Assembly: GCA_950097015.1 (NCBI GenBank)
Contig: CATNEN010000030.1
Location: 62,001 to 126,000 of the forward strand
Reading direction: 5' to 3'
Length of the DNA: 64,000 nucleotides
From: Macrostomum hystrix
Lineage: Eukaryota > Animalia > Platyhelminthes
Of this stretch, positions 1-12,000 are shown one piece after another (the first letter of the stretch is position 1; the number at the start of each line of letters is the position of its first letter). The notes below the pieces were generated by a model. The model was not told where the DNA came from. It did no database searches and saw only the letters and a list, made by a program, of their open reading frames with translations. Position numbers and translations under genes: made by a program.

Positions 1-3000
1 GTCAGCTACGAGCTGAACGGCTTCGACGTGAAGCAGCGCTTCGCCTTCTCCAGCGTCAAGTCCAAGCTGCGCCGGGCCGAGGAGCTGGAGGAGATCCACC
101 GGCTGGAGGCCGAGGAGATCAAGAAGCGGACCGAGGAACGGAAACGGAAGCTGGAGAGAGGCTTGCAGACCGAGGAAGAACAGGCTAAGGAGGTGGAGGA
201 AGAGGTGAGAGCTTTTTAATGGGGCCTAAGAGCCGTTAACCCACAATCGGCCTGATTGCGGCCTGCTCCACATCACCTTGCCCCAAACTCCTTTGTCTGG
301 TAAGCCCCCTAGCCGATAAATCCCCCTAACCGCTAAACCCCCCTAGCCGCTAAACCCCCTTGCCGCTAAACCCCCTTGCCGCTAAACCCCCTTGCCGCTA
401 AACCCCATTGCCGCTAAACCCCCTAGCCGCTAAACCCCATTGCCGCTAAACCCCCTTGCCGCTAAATTCCTTGCCGCTAAACCCCATTGCCGACAAAAAT
501 CCTAGCTGCCTAACTCCCTTGCCGTCCAAACGTCTTGCCGCTAAACCCTTAGCGCCACTCCCCCTTGCCGCCAAACCCACTTGGCACCAAGCCCCCGTAC
601 CACCTAGCCAACCCTCCAGTCGCAAAAACAATAACCGAAAGATTTGAGTGCAACGCTGAATTTTAGTCCGCAATCAGAGAAGCATCAGTCCAGGAGGCGA
701 TTAACTTTGTAAGGCCACAAATGTCAATCAGAGAGTTCCCAGAGTTGCCACTTATTTTCCCTTAATCAAGTCGTGTGGTGTGTCCCTCCATGCATCATTG
801 CCCGCTTCACTAACCAGTGTATCCACCGCCAAAATGTTTTCGCCCGTTCAGTTAACTTCACTGCCGCCCTGCTATTCACATTAATTTTTTTAGCGTCAAG
901 AACGATTTCAAATTTATTAGCGACTTCTGGGGTTAATTAGTTTGCGGATTAGATTATTGAGAACGGACTGCTAAACATCAGCTCAACATCTTTCTTTCTG
1001 AGGACCAGAGGTGAGAAGGGACCAATGAGAGAAGAACAGTCATTAGAAGGGACCAATCAGAGAAGAACAGTCGTTAGAAGGGACCAATCAGAGAAGAACA
1101 GTCATTAGAAGGGACCAATCAGAGAAGAACAGTCATTAGAAGGGACTAATCAGAGAAGAACAGTCATTAGAAGGGACCAATCAGAGAAGAACAGTCGTTA
1201 GAAGGGACCAATCAGAGAAGAACAGTCATTAGAAGGGACCAATCAGAGAAGAACAGTCGTTAGAAGGGACCAATCAGAGAAGAACAGTCATTAGAAGGGA
1301 CCAGTCAGAGAAGAACAGTCGTGAGAAGGGACCAATCAGAGAAGAACAATCGTGAGAAGGGACCAATCAGAGAAGAACAGTCATTAGAAGGGACCAATCA
1401 GAGAAGAACAGTATTAGAAGGGACCAATCAGAGAAGAACAGTCATTAGAAGGGACCAATCAGAGAAGAACAGTCATTAGAAGGGACCCATCAGAGAAGAA
1501 CAGTCGTGAGAAGGGACCAATCAGAGAAGAACAGTCGTTAGAAGGGACCAATCAGAGAAGAACAGTCGTGAGAAGGGACCAATCATAGAAGAACAGTCAT
1601 TAGAAGGGACCAATCAGAGAAGAACAGTATTAGAAGGGACCAATCAGAGAAGAACAGTCATTATAAGGGACCAATCAGAGAAGAACAGTCATTAGAAGGG
1701 ACCAATCAGAGAAGAACAGTCATTAGAAGGGACCAATCAGAGAAGGCAAGTAGCGAGAAAGGCCGCATTTATGAAAAATTGTCATGGAATGTTAAATAAT
1801 CTATTATAACTAGTAGTCCCTAAAATGAGCACACGGGTGGTACTAACTTTCTTGAAATATAGTTTTGCAAAAGTAAATAGAAAAACAGGACGACTTGGAC
1901 CTTCTAGTACTAACATAAAAAATATCAAACTAAAAGTAAATTTTGTGCGTCGTTATATCGGTTAGTTTAGTTAAACTGTATGTTTGGGCATTTAGCGTTA
2001 TGTACGCTCAACAAAAGCGGATTCGCACTACTAAAAGTAGACTCTGGTTGACTAAAAGTTTCAAGAATAATTGCATAGCGATGTTTCTCTCGCGCAACAG
2101 GAGAAAGAGATCGCCAAGCGACGCGCCGAGGAGCAGAAGTGGGAGCCCTACTACCCCGAGGAGCCGTCGCCGATCCTGTGCGGCCTGGTGCAGGATCAGC
2201 GGCCCGAAGCGTTCTGGCTATCAATGGGCGGCTACGACTCCGGCTACCTGTACCAGTGCGAGTACCCGGCCGAGGGCCAGACGCCAGCCGATTTTGAAGC
2301 GGCCAAACGCGAGCCGGCCCGCAGTGTGACAGTGAAAGACTCGTCAGACGTCCCAGTGACTGTCATCTGCTTCAGCCGATCCGGCAAGCGGGCCTACTTC
2401 GGCATGCAGAACGGCAGCATCCGGGTGCAACTGTTGGACAAGTCGTTCGACATTGGCAGCATGACCAGCCAGTGGAGCCTGTCAATGCACGACAACGACT
2501 ACGGCGCGGTGACCGGCATCTGTCCCAGCCACGACGATGCCTATCTGGTCAGTGTTGGCCGCGACGGCAATTACTTCGTGTACAGCGTGATGCCGGAGCA
2601 GGAGATGCAGGAGCGTCAGGCAGCGGCGGCCTCCGCCAAGGCGGCCGTCCTGCCCTCGGCCAAGAAAATCCAGCGCGGCGACGATATCGACGATCCAGGA
2701 GCTTACAGCATCGAGGAGGACAAGCAGAAGTCCGAGCACGACAGGCGGGTCAAGCTGGCCGAAGAGAAGAAGGCCGGAATTAGGCGCCGGGTGAACGAGC
2801 TGCGCGTGGAGTTCCGCAAGTTGAAGGAGCTCAACCAGGTGAGAGAGCGATCAGCTCCGACCTGCTACAGCTATCTGAGAATCGCTCAAACACTCAATGA
2901 ATGGCTCAAACACCAGGGAGTAGCTCAAGCGATAGACTTGAGATCACTTCAGATCTTAAGTGGTTCGCTTCAGATTTCTAGGAAATCACTTCAGATTTCT

Positions 3001-6000
3001 AGGAAATCACATTCAGATTTCTAGGAAATCACATTCAGATTTCTGGGAAATCACTTTAGATTATTAAGAAATCCCTTCAGATCTCCAGGATTTCATTTCA
3101 GACTGCTAAAAATCACTTCAAATTTCTCGGAAATCACTTCAGATTTCTAGGAAATTCGCTTCAGATTTCTCGGAAAGAATCATGTCTAGGAAATCAATCA
3201 CTTCAGATTTCTTGAAAATCACTTTAGAAAGAAATGGTTTCTGAAGAAACCATTTTAGATCTCTATGAAATCGCTTAGATCTCTAGGAAATCGCTTCAGA
3301 TCTCTAGGAAATTGCATCTTATCTTTTAGAAATCGCTGCAACAAACATGAAAATCGGCTCGACATCGCAGGATAAATCTCACAGCCTCCATGAAAATGCA
3401 AAAAAACTTGGGAACCGCAAAGTATTATCCTCGTAAATCTCAGTCATACGTATAGAGAATCTGAACCATCGAATCCACCACAGGCCCTGCCAGAGCGCAT
3501 TCAACTGCGCCAGCGCGAGTTCGAGATGGTGCCCCAGCTAAAGCTGGACATGCAGGAGCAGCGCAAGCAGAAGATCCGCCTCGTTGAACGCGAACTAGCC
3601 TGGGAATCTGAGCGCTGTCAGATTGCTTTGAACAAACTGCGCAAGCGCTTCTTAGACGAGCTGGAATGCGAACTGGTGGTGGTTCGGGCCATTGAGAGCG
3701 ACCACGAGGTGGCCTCGATTCGGACGGCTAAGCTGAGCGAAGCCTTCAATCGGCTCAAGGAGGAGATGGAGCGTAAGCGGACGCTGGCTAGCCAGAAGGA
3801 CGCTACTAGGGACGCCACGCTTATCTCGGCTAGTGAGTTTCTCTCTGATTCTACCATCGTATTATTTGCGGCGCATCAAAGGAATGTAGATATGTACAGT
3901 TGCGGCGCATCAAAGGAATGTAGATATGTACAGTTGCGGCGCATCAAAGGAATGTAGATGTGAACAGTTGCGGCGCATCAAAGGAATGTAGATGTGAACA
4001 GTTGCGGCACATCAAAGGAATGTAGATGTGAACAGTTGTGGCGCATCAAAGGAATGTAGATGTGAACAGTTGCGGCACATCAAAGGAATGTAGATGTGAA
4101 CAGTTGCGGCACATCAAAGGAATGTAGATGTGAACAGTTGCGGCGCATCAAAGGAATGTAGATGTGAACAGTTGCAGCACATCAAAGGAATGTAGATATG
4201 TACAGTTGCGGCGCATCAAAGGAATGTAGATATGTACAGTTGCGCCACATCAAAGGACTAAGCGTATAGTTGCGGCACATCAAAGGACTAGGTGTATAGT
4301 TGCGGCGCTTCAAAGGAATGTAGATCTGTACAGTTGCGGCACATCAAAGGAATGTAGATGTATAGTTGCGGCACATCAAAGGACTAGGTGTATAGTTGCG
4401 GCGCATCAAAGGAATGTAGATCTGTACAGTTGCGCCACATCAAAGGAATGTAGATGTATAGTTGCGGCACATCAAAGGACTAGGTGTATAGTCGCGGCAC
4501 ATCAAAGGAATATGTACTTATTCGCGCGACGTGTCAAAAGGCCATTAAAGGACTAGATACGAGTATTTAGACTCATATATATTTAAAGCAACAAGCTGCA
4601 CTGAAAAAAAGTTTTTTGCCTCAAAGAAGTTAAATTTGGAGGACGTGAAGTACCAACAATTTTCGAGAATGCTTAATATCCTCCGCGTACTACTAACGTC
4701 CTCTTCATTGCAGATCAACGTAAAAATGGGATTTTTCTCTAATTTCCTCATTTTTTTATTCATCATTCATACTAACACACTTACTAACATTCCACAATGT
4801 AATATAAGGATTTGATTGATCTCAACCTGGACCCTCTGAGTGTAAAGAAGTTAATATTTTAATTATTAACACGATTAACAAATTAAATAAACAATTTATT
4901 TCAATTAAAACATTCTGTCGTCTATTACCAAGTAGTAGCTCGTATATAAGTGCACCGATAAATATTATTTACTAAAACTAGATAAATTGGTAACGCATGT
5001 GTAATAATTTATTAATAAGGATACTTAATTATGCATGCACTGTTTTCAGAGCAAAGACTTCAGATACACCGAGAATTAACCACAGTGCAGAGTAAGATAG
5101 CGAAAGTCTGTCTGTCAATTTGGTTTGTTTGACAAGGTTTCTGTGCAGTTTTTTTTCTATATCCTATTATCTAGTCCTTGCTGCACTGAGATTAGCTTTC
5201 ATAATACTAAAACAGCATGCAGCTGGTCCTATTGAAATTTGCACCGACTATCTTTGTTTAAAACAAAGCACTATTTTCTGAGAAAGTGATTTAAGCTGCA
5301 CATATTGTGACTATCTGTGATTATTGAATGATAACGCATGATTTTGACAATGCAAATCCACTTCCTTATTCAGGGATGTTTTTACTTTTTAATTAATTGG
5401 TTTTTCTATTGAATTTCTCCTCTTAAGCAACAGCATGGCTTGTCTGCTTTGTTTTAATTGATTACAAATTCTGGCATCATTTTAAGTTGTAGATTTTTAT
5501 CGATTTAAGCTACCATCTAATTTACTTTTATTTATTTTTTTGCTTAAGAATCAATTACTGATGAGACCGAAACTAAATATATTATCTTAATGTATATTTT
5601 TTCATTTTTTCTTAAAAAGTTCTTAGTCTGTGAAGATTCTAGTTTGTGAATATTCTAGTTTGGGAAGATTCTGGTTTGGGAAGATTCTAGTTTGGGGAGA
5701 TTCTTGTTTAGGAAGATTCTGGTTTGGGGAGATTCTGGTTTGGGAAGATTCTGGTTTGGGGAGATTCTGTTTCACAAAGTTGCTAGTTTGTGAAGTCTTT
5801 GATTCGTAAAATATCGGCATTGAAATGTTATTGTTATTTACAAAAGATGTTGCTTGTGAGTCTCCTGTAGTCGGGAGCCAGACCTGCTAGGACTCCGCGA
5901 GCAGGCTCAATCATAAGTCGCTCGTCCTCCCCTGGCCAACCAATCGCAGAGGAAGCCACGCAGGAGGCGTCAGCAGAAAAGGAGGAGGAGACTCTGCAGA

Positions 6001-9000
6001 AGATCAACCTGAAGGGCGCCAGAGGCGAGCGCATTCAGCGCCAGTTGCGCAAGGTGGAGGAGAAGAAGCGCAAGAGGGCTCAGCGAAGGCAGGAGCGTCA
6101 GGAGCTGGAGCAGAGTAAGCCGTCTGACGACTACGACGATCCGGAGGACGTCCGGGCTATTCAAGAGGCGCGCGACAATATGGGCGACTTTAAGTTGAAG
6201 TCAGCTAGCGACTATATTGTGCCTCAGCATCTGCGACTGAGCTCCGACAAGTCGCGACAGAAGCTCATTGATCTGGATGAAAAGGTGGGTGGTCTTGTTG
6301 CCGGGTGTCAGGTTGTTCCTAGAGTGTCAGATTTTTTGAGGGTGTCAGGTTGTTCCGAGGTTTCCGAGGGTGGTACCGGATTCTTCCCAGAGTGGTGTCA
6401 GATTGTTCCCAGAGTGGTGTCAGATTATTCCTAGAGTGGTGTCAGATTGTTCCCAGAGTGGTGTCAGATGATTCCCAGAGTGGTGTCAGATTATTCCCAG
6501 AGTGGTGTCAGATGATTCCCAGAGTGGTGTCAGATTGTTCCCAGAGTGGTGTCAGATGATTCCCAGAGTGGTGTCAGATTATTCCCAGAGTGGTGTCAGA
6601 TTATTCCCAGAGTGGTGTCAGATTATTCCCAGAGTGGTGTCAGATTATTCCCAGAGTGGTGTCAGATTATTCCCAGAGTGGTGTCAGATTATTCCCAGAG
6701 TGGTGTCAGATTATTCCAGAGTGGTGTCAGATTGTTCCCAGAGTGGTGTCAGATTATTCCCAGAGTGGTGTCAGATTATTCCCAGAGTGGTGTCAGATTG
6801 TTCCTAGAGTGGTGTCAGATGATTCCCAGAGTGGTGTCAGATTATTCCCAGAGTGGTGTCAGATGATTCCCAGAGTGGTGTCAGATGATTCCCAGAGTGG
6901 TGTCAGATTATTCCCAGAGTGGTGTCAGATTATTCCCAGAGTGGTGTCAGATTGTTCCCAGAGTGGTGTCAGATTGTTCCCAGAGTGGTGTCAGATTATT
7001 CCTAGAGTGGTGTCAGATTATTCCCAGAGTGGTGTCAGATTATTCCCAGAGTGGTGTCAGATTATTCCCAGAGTGGTGTCAGATTGTTCCCAGAGTGGTG
7101 TCAGATGATTCCCAGAGTGGTGTCAGATTATTCCCAGAGTGGTGTCAGATTGTTCCCAGAGTGGTGTCAGATTGTTCCCAGAGTGGTGTCAGATTATTCC
7201 TAGAGTGGTGTCAGATTATTCCCAGAGTGGTGTCAGATTATTCCCAGAGTGGTGTCAGATTATTCCCAGAGTGGTGTCAGATTGTTCCCAGAGTGGTGTC
7301 AGATTGTTCCCAGAGTGGTGTCAGATTGTTCCCAGAGTGGTGTCAGATTATTCCTAGAGTGGTGTCAGATTATTCCCAGAGTGGTGTCAGATTATTCCCA
7401 GAGTGGTGTCAGATGATTCCCAGAGTGGTGTCAGATTGTTCCCTGTTCCATGTTTAAATTAAACTTATAACTAGTTAATAAAACAAAAATAATCGACTCG
7501 TTGGCTTCCGCGCTAGTTCTACACTCCAGCCTTGCGCATCAGGAAGATCGCTTTAGATCTGGAGGGTCAGGTAAAAAAAGGCGAATAGCGGAGAGAAATA
7601 ACAGGCCTCATTCGCCTTTAAAAGTACATTTTTCTTTATCAATTCAGCATGTCACTCACGAAGAATTCGTTTAATTCTTGATTTATTCACTCGAGAAATT
7701 CTACAAAAGTTTTCCACTCGTTCACCAAGACAGGTGGAGATGCGTTTAAGAGAGAAAATGAAAAAAACAACTTGATTTTTTTATTCTTTGCTAGTTTTTT
7801 TGTGTTAGTTTTTTTGACAAGCAAATAGGCTTGTTGAAGCATTGGGTTCCCCCCATGACAATTTTTCGTGCTGCACCCGAGCTACGAGCTCGGGTTCTCA
7901 GCACACGAAACTCAAGAACACGGGCCAACTTTTTGTTGCGCATCTTCTGAAACAAAACTTAACTCGCGAGCTTTTCAGACCACAGTAAATCATTGCCTAG
8001 CTGTCAACCAATCAGTCACCACCCAAGCGCTGTTAGCATTCAGGCGCTGCCAAAAAATCCCCCCTTAGTGTAAAAAGCACGCGCCAAAAATGGCTTGGTA
8101 GTCCTACTGTTAATATGAGTATCAGCATTAGATGCGGGGGAAATATGGGCTGTATGGTGTGGCACTCCCCCAGTCCATGGACTGGTGAGCTGTACACAGC
8201 CTTTAGAAGCAAATTACACGAACTACTTTGCAGACCTACCTGCACAAGTGCGACTTCAACAGGCGTCTGCTGGCTCTGCGGGACCGCAAGAAGCAGCTGG
8301 TTCAGCAGCTCAACGCCAAGCTGCAACAGCTGGAGGCCATTCAGCTGCGACTGCGGCCTGAGGACCGGAAGCCGCTGCCACCCAGGCTGGCGATGCATCC
8401 CAGCGAGACGCCGGAGAAGTCAGTCCCCACATTTTGGAGTCTTTTGGAGGCTTGGGGGAAATTCTGGAAGGTTTTGAAGAAGATTCTAGAATATTTAGAA
8501 AGATTCTGGCGTGTTTAGGGAGATGCTGGAGTTTTAAGAACGATTACTGAATGTTTAGGAAGATTCCTGGGTGTTTAGGAAGATTCTGGAGTATTTGGGA
8601 AGATTCTGGGGTATTTAGGAAGATTCTGGAGTATTTGGTAAGATTCTGGGGTATTTGGTAAGATTCTGGAGTGTTTGGTAAGATTCTGGAGTGTTTGGTA
8701 AGATTCTGGGGTATTTGGTAAGATTCTGGGGCATTTGGTAAGATTCTGGGGTATTTGGTAAGATTCTGGGGTATTTGGTAAGATTCTGGAGTATTTGGTA
8801 AGATTCTGGGGTATTTGGTAAGATTCTGGGGTATTTGGTTAGATTCTGGAGTATTTGGTAAGATTCTGGAGTATTTGGTAAGATTCTGGGGTATTTGGTA
8901 AGATTCTGGAGTATTTTGTTAGATTCTCGAGTGTTTGGGAAGATTCTGGAGTGTTTGGTCAGATTCTGGAGTATTTGGTAAGATTCTGGAGTGTTTGGGA

Positions 9001-12000
9001 AGATTCTGGAGTATTTAGGAAGATTCTGGAGAATTAGGGAAGATTCTAAAGCAATTGTAAAGCAATGACACTCATCCAATCCAGGAAATATGAGTACACC
9101 CAGGATACTCTGCTGGAATTCAAGGCGGAGATGGAGGCCAAGGCCACCGTGGCTGTCACAGGCGAGGACGAGCAGGGTTTCTCGGCCTTCAAAAAGGTTT
9201 GCCAGTGTTAGAAATGTTTGATTCAACGCTTGTGTTTGTGTTTAACCCTCTACCCCAATTACCTGCTAGTTTATATCATACCCAATTAGCCCTCTCGATA
9301 CACGAAAACACCTGTGCCAACTTAAACAATACTTCCTTGTAATCTTTGATTTCAGGACAACGAAAGGGTAAATTTCAGTTTGTATTTGTATCGATAAGTT
9401 AGTGATTAGTGAAAACTTTAATGAATATCAACTGTAAAGCACAATTTGAAACAAAACTCCGAGTGTTACAATCAGTACTAATATTACTAACCTTATCAAA
9501 TTCGTTACTAACAGTAGTCACTTACATAAAGTACTAGGATTACTTGAGCACATATTATTAGTAAATTAGCAGTTTTAGAAAATTTAATGACAAATAATTA
9601 CAGAATAAACAATTAATTAATAGCATTGCTAATCTCTCCTACTATACGGACATTTAAAAACATGCGTACTGATCAGTACTGTCTCCTTGTGTACAATCGG
9701 ACATCATATGCGTGTGTGTATGTACCGCTTTTAATGTTCCGCAAGCCTACTTAGAGTAGAATTTTGTTTATATGATAATTTATTTAATAAAATTAGAAAA
9801 TAATTGATTGCTCGCAGGCCGCCGCTGCTCGTCGAAAGATTCGGGTTGGTATAAATAAAGCCACAATTCTCCGAACGTTCATCACTTACTACTTATCTGA
9901 CTATAATAAGTAGCCTATTTGCACTTAAAGAATGAATCGCTATATTTGCAATCTGGTTTCAATGCACAAACTTCCCCGACTTTGAGTCCGAGTTTGGTGC
10001 TTGGAATGCCAAAATGCACTCAGACGAAGATAAAAAATTCCTGTCTGTCTTTTTGCCTTGCTAAGCCTTGTTGTGTAATGCTCTGTGTTCGATTGTCTTG
10101 TCTTGTCTCCTGTTTTCTTGTATTTTTGGCGCAATTTTGGACAAATCGACCAATGAAGCTGAAGTGAAGTGAGAAATTTATTTTATGGCCAACGGTAACC
10201 ACCCCCGTTGCATCAATACCGTTTTTACCATAGACAAGAAAATCCTCTGAAAAATCTAGCTAAAAGAACGTCAGTGTTTAAGAATTGTGAGTGTTCAGGG
10301 AGATTCTGGAGTGTTTTGGAAGATTTCTGAGTGTTTAGCGTCCCATGCTACTTAAAGTAAAGTACTATTTTTTTCAGCTTTTAGTATTCCTGTCCAGGTT
10401 TTAATAAGTTTTCTATTTTATTGGCGAGTTATTTCTAAGGACGTATAATTAGACTGTACTGCAAATCTTCTGTTTAATTAGACGTGTTTCTTCTTTATAA
10501 AAAAATGGTGATACCATATCCCAGTTTGCTTTGGAGTTCAGTAAATTCAAAGTTGACTTTTCGAATCCGAATAGGCTGCGGGCATCGGCGGTGGTCTGGC
10601 TCCGCCCAGCGGCATCATCGGCGGAGCTTCGTCGTCCATGCTGACAGACGGCGGCGCAGATTCAGCTTCGGCCGTCGGCGACAAGTCTAGCGTTCTTGGC
10701 GTCGCCGGCGCCTCCCTATCGGCGCTGCAGTCGGAGCGGCTGGCAGCCGAGAATCTTCGCTGCCTGTTCACTCAGGGCCAGCTGCTGCGCGAGTTCCAAT
10801 CGGCGGTGAGAAATTTCGACTGCGAGGTGCGCCTACTGAGGCACGAGAAGTTCGACTTGGACTCAAAACTTAAACGGGCCGAGCTGCGCCAGATCACCCT
10901 GTTCGAGGAGTTCCAGTTGCTACAGCAGTTTGAGATCTCCGAGAGCACGCTGGCTAACAGGGTTGAGCAGCGCGGAGAGGAGAAAATCGATGTGCAGAAC
11001 AAGGTGAGCAGCCCAACGGGTGACTTTTCTATATCTAACAGGTGAATCTTCTTATCTAACAGGCGACTCTTTCTTATCTAACAGGCGAGTCTTTCTTGTC
11101 TAACAGGTGACTCTTTCTTATCCAACAGGCGACTCTTTCTTGTCTAACAGGTGACTCTTTCTTATCTAACAGGCGAGTCTTTCTTGTCTAACAGGTGACT
11201 CTTTCTTATCTAACAGGCGACTCTTTCTTGTCTAACAGGTGACTCTTTCTTATCTAACAGGTGACTCTTTCTTGTCTAACAGGCGACTCTTATCTAACAG
11301 GTGACTCTTTCTTATCTAACAGGTGACTCTTTCTTATCTAACAGGTGACTCTTTCTTATCTAACAGGTGACTCTTTCTTGTCTAACAGGCGACTCTTATC
11401 TAACAGGCGACTCTTTCTTGTCTAACAGGTGACTCTTTCTTATCTAACAGGTGACTCTTTCTTGTCTAACAGGCGACTCTTATCTAACAGGCGACTCTTT
11501 CTTGTCTAACAGGTGACTCTTTCTTATCTAACAGGTGACTCTTTCTTGTCTAACAAGTGACTCTTTCTTATCTAACAGGTGACTCTTCCTTATCTAACAG
11601 GTGGATCTTTCTTGTCTAACAGGTGACTCTCCCTTATTTAACTGGTGACTTTTTACTAAATAACAAAGAGTCAAAAAGAACTCTTAACTCCACCCCACCC
11701 CAAACCCGCCGCAGGTGGTTGACTGCACTTCGAAGATCGAAGCCAAGAAGAAGGACATCGAACGGCTGCAGGAGAAAGATCGGCTGCAGTTTGAAAGCTT
11801 CAAGGAGAGCCTTGGCGAGGGCAACAAGTTTGCTGAGTACTTGACTAAGGTCTACAGGAAGCGAATCAAGCGCAAGAAGGTTGAGAAGGAGGGCGAAGGT
11901 GAGCAGGCGGTCTATTGAGCTGGACTCTTGCATAGCTCATGCTTCTCCTTGCTAAAACTATTTTTGCTAACTCTCTAATGCTTTACCACACTAGCCTCTC

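Noticed and set aside
305-610. Telomere-like CCCCTA/AAACCC tract
   Set aside because: The unit is a 16-bp intronic minisatellite, not (TTAGGG)n.
5548-5580. CTGATGAGACCGAAAC hammerhead-like core
   Set aside because: No convincing stem I or III partner and no GUH triplet in the required position; probably chance.
6350-7457. Overlapping SQSGVRLFPEWCQ ORFs
   Set aside because: 22-bp intronic minisatellite.
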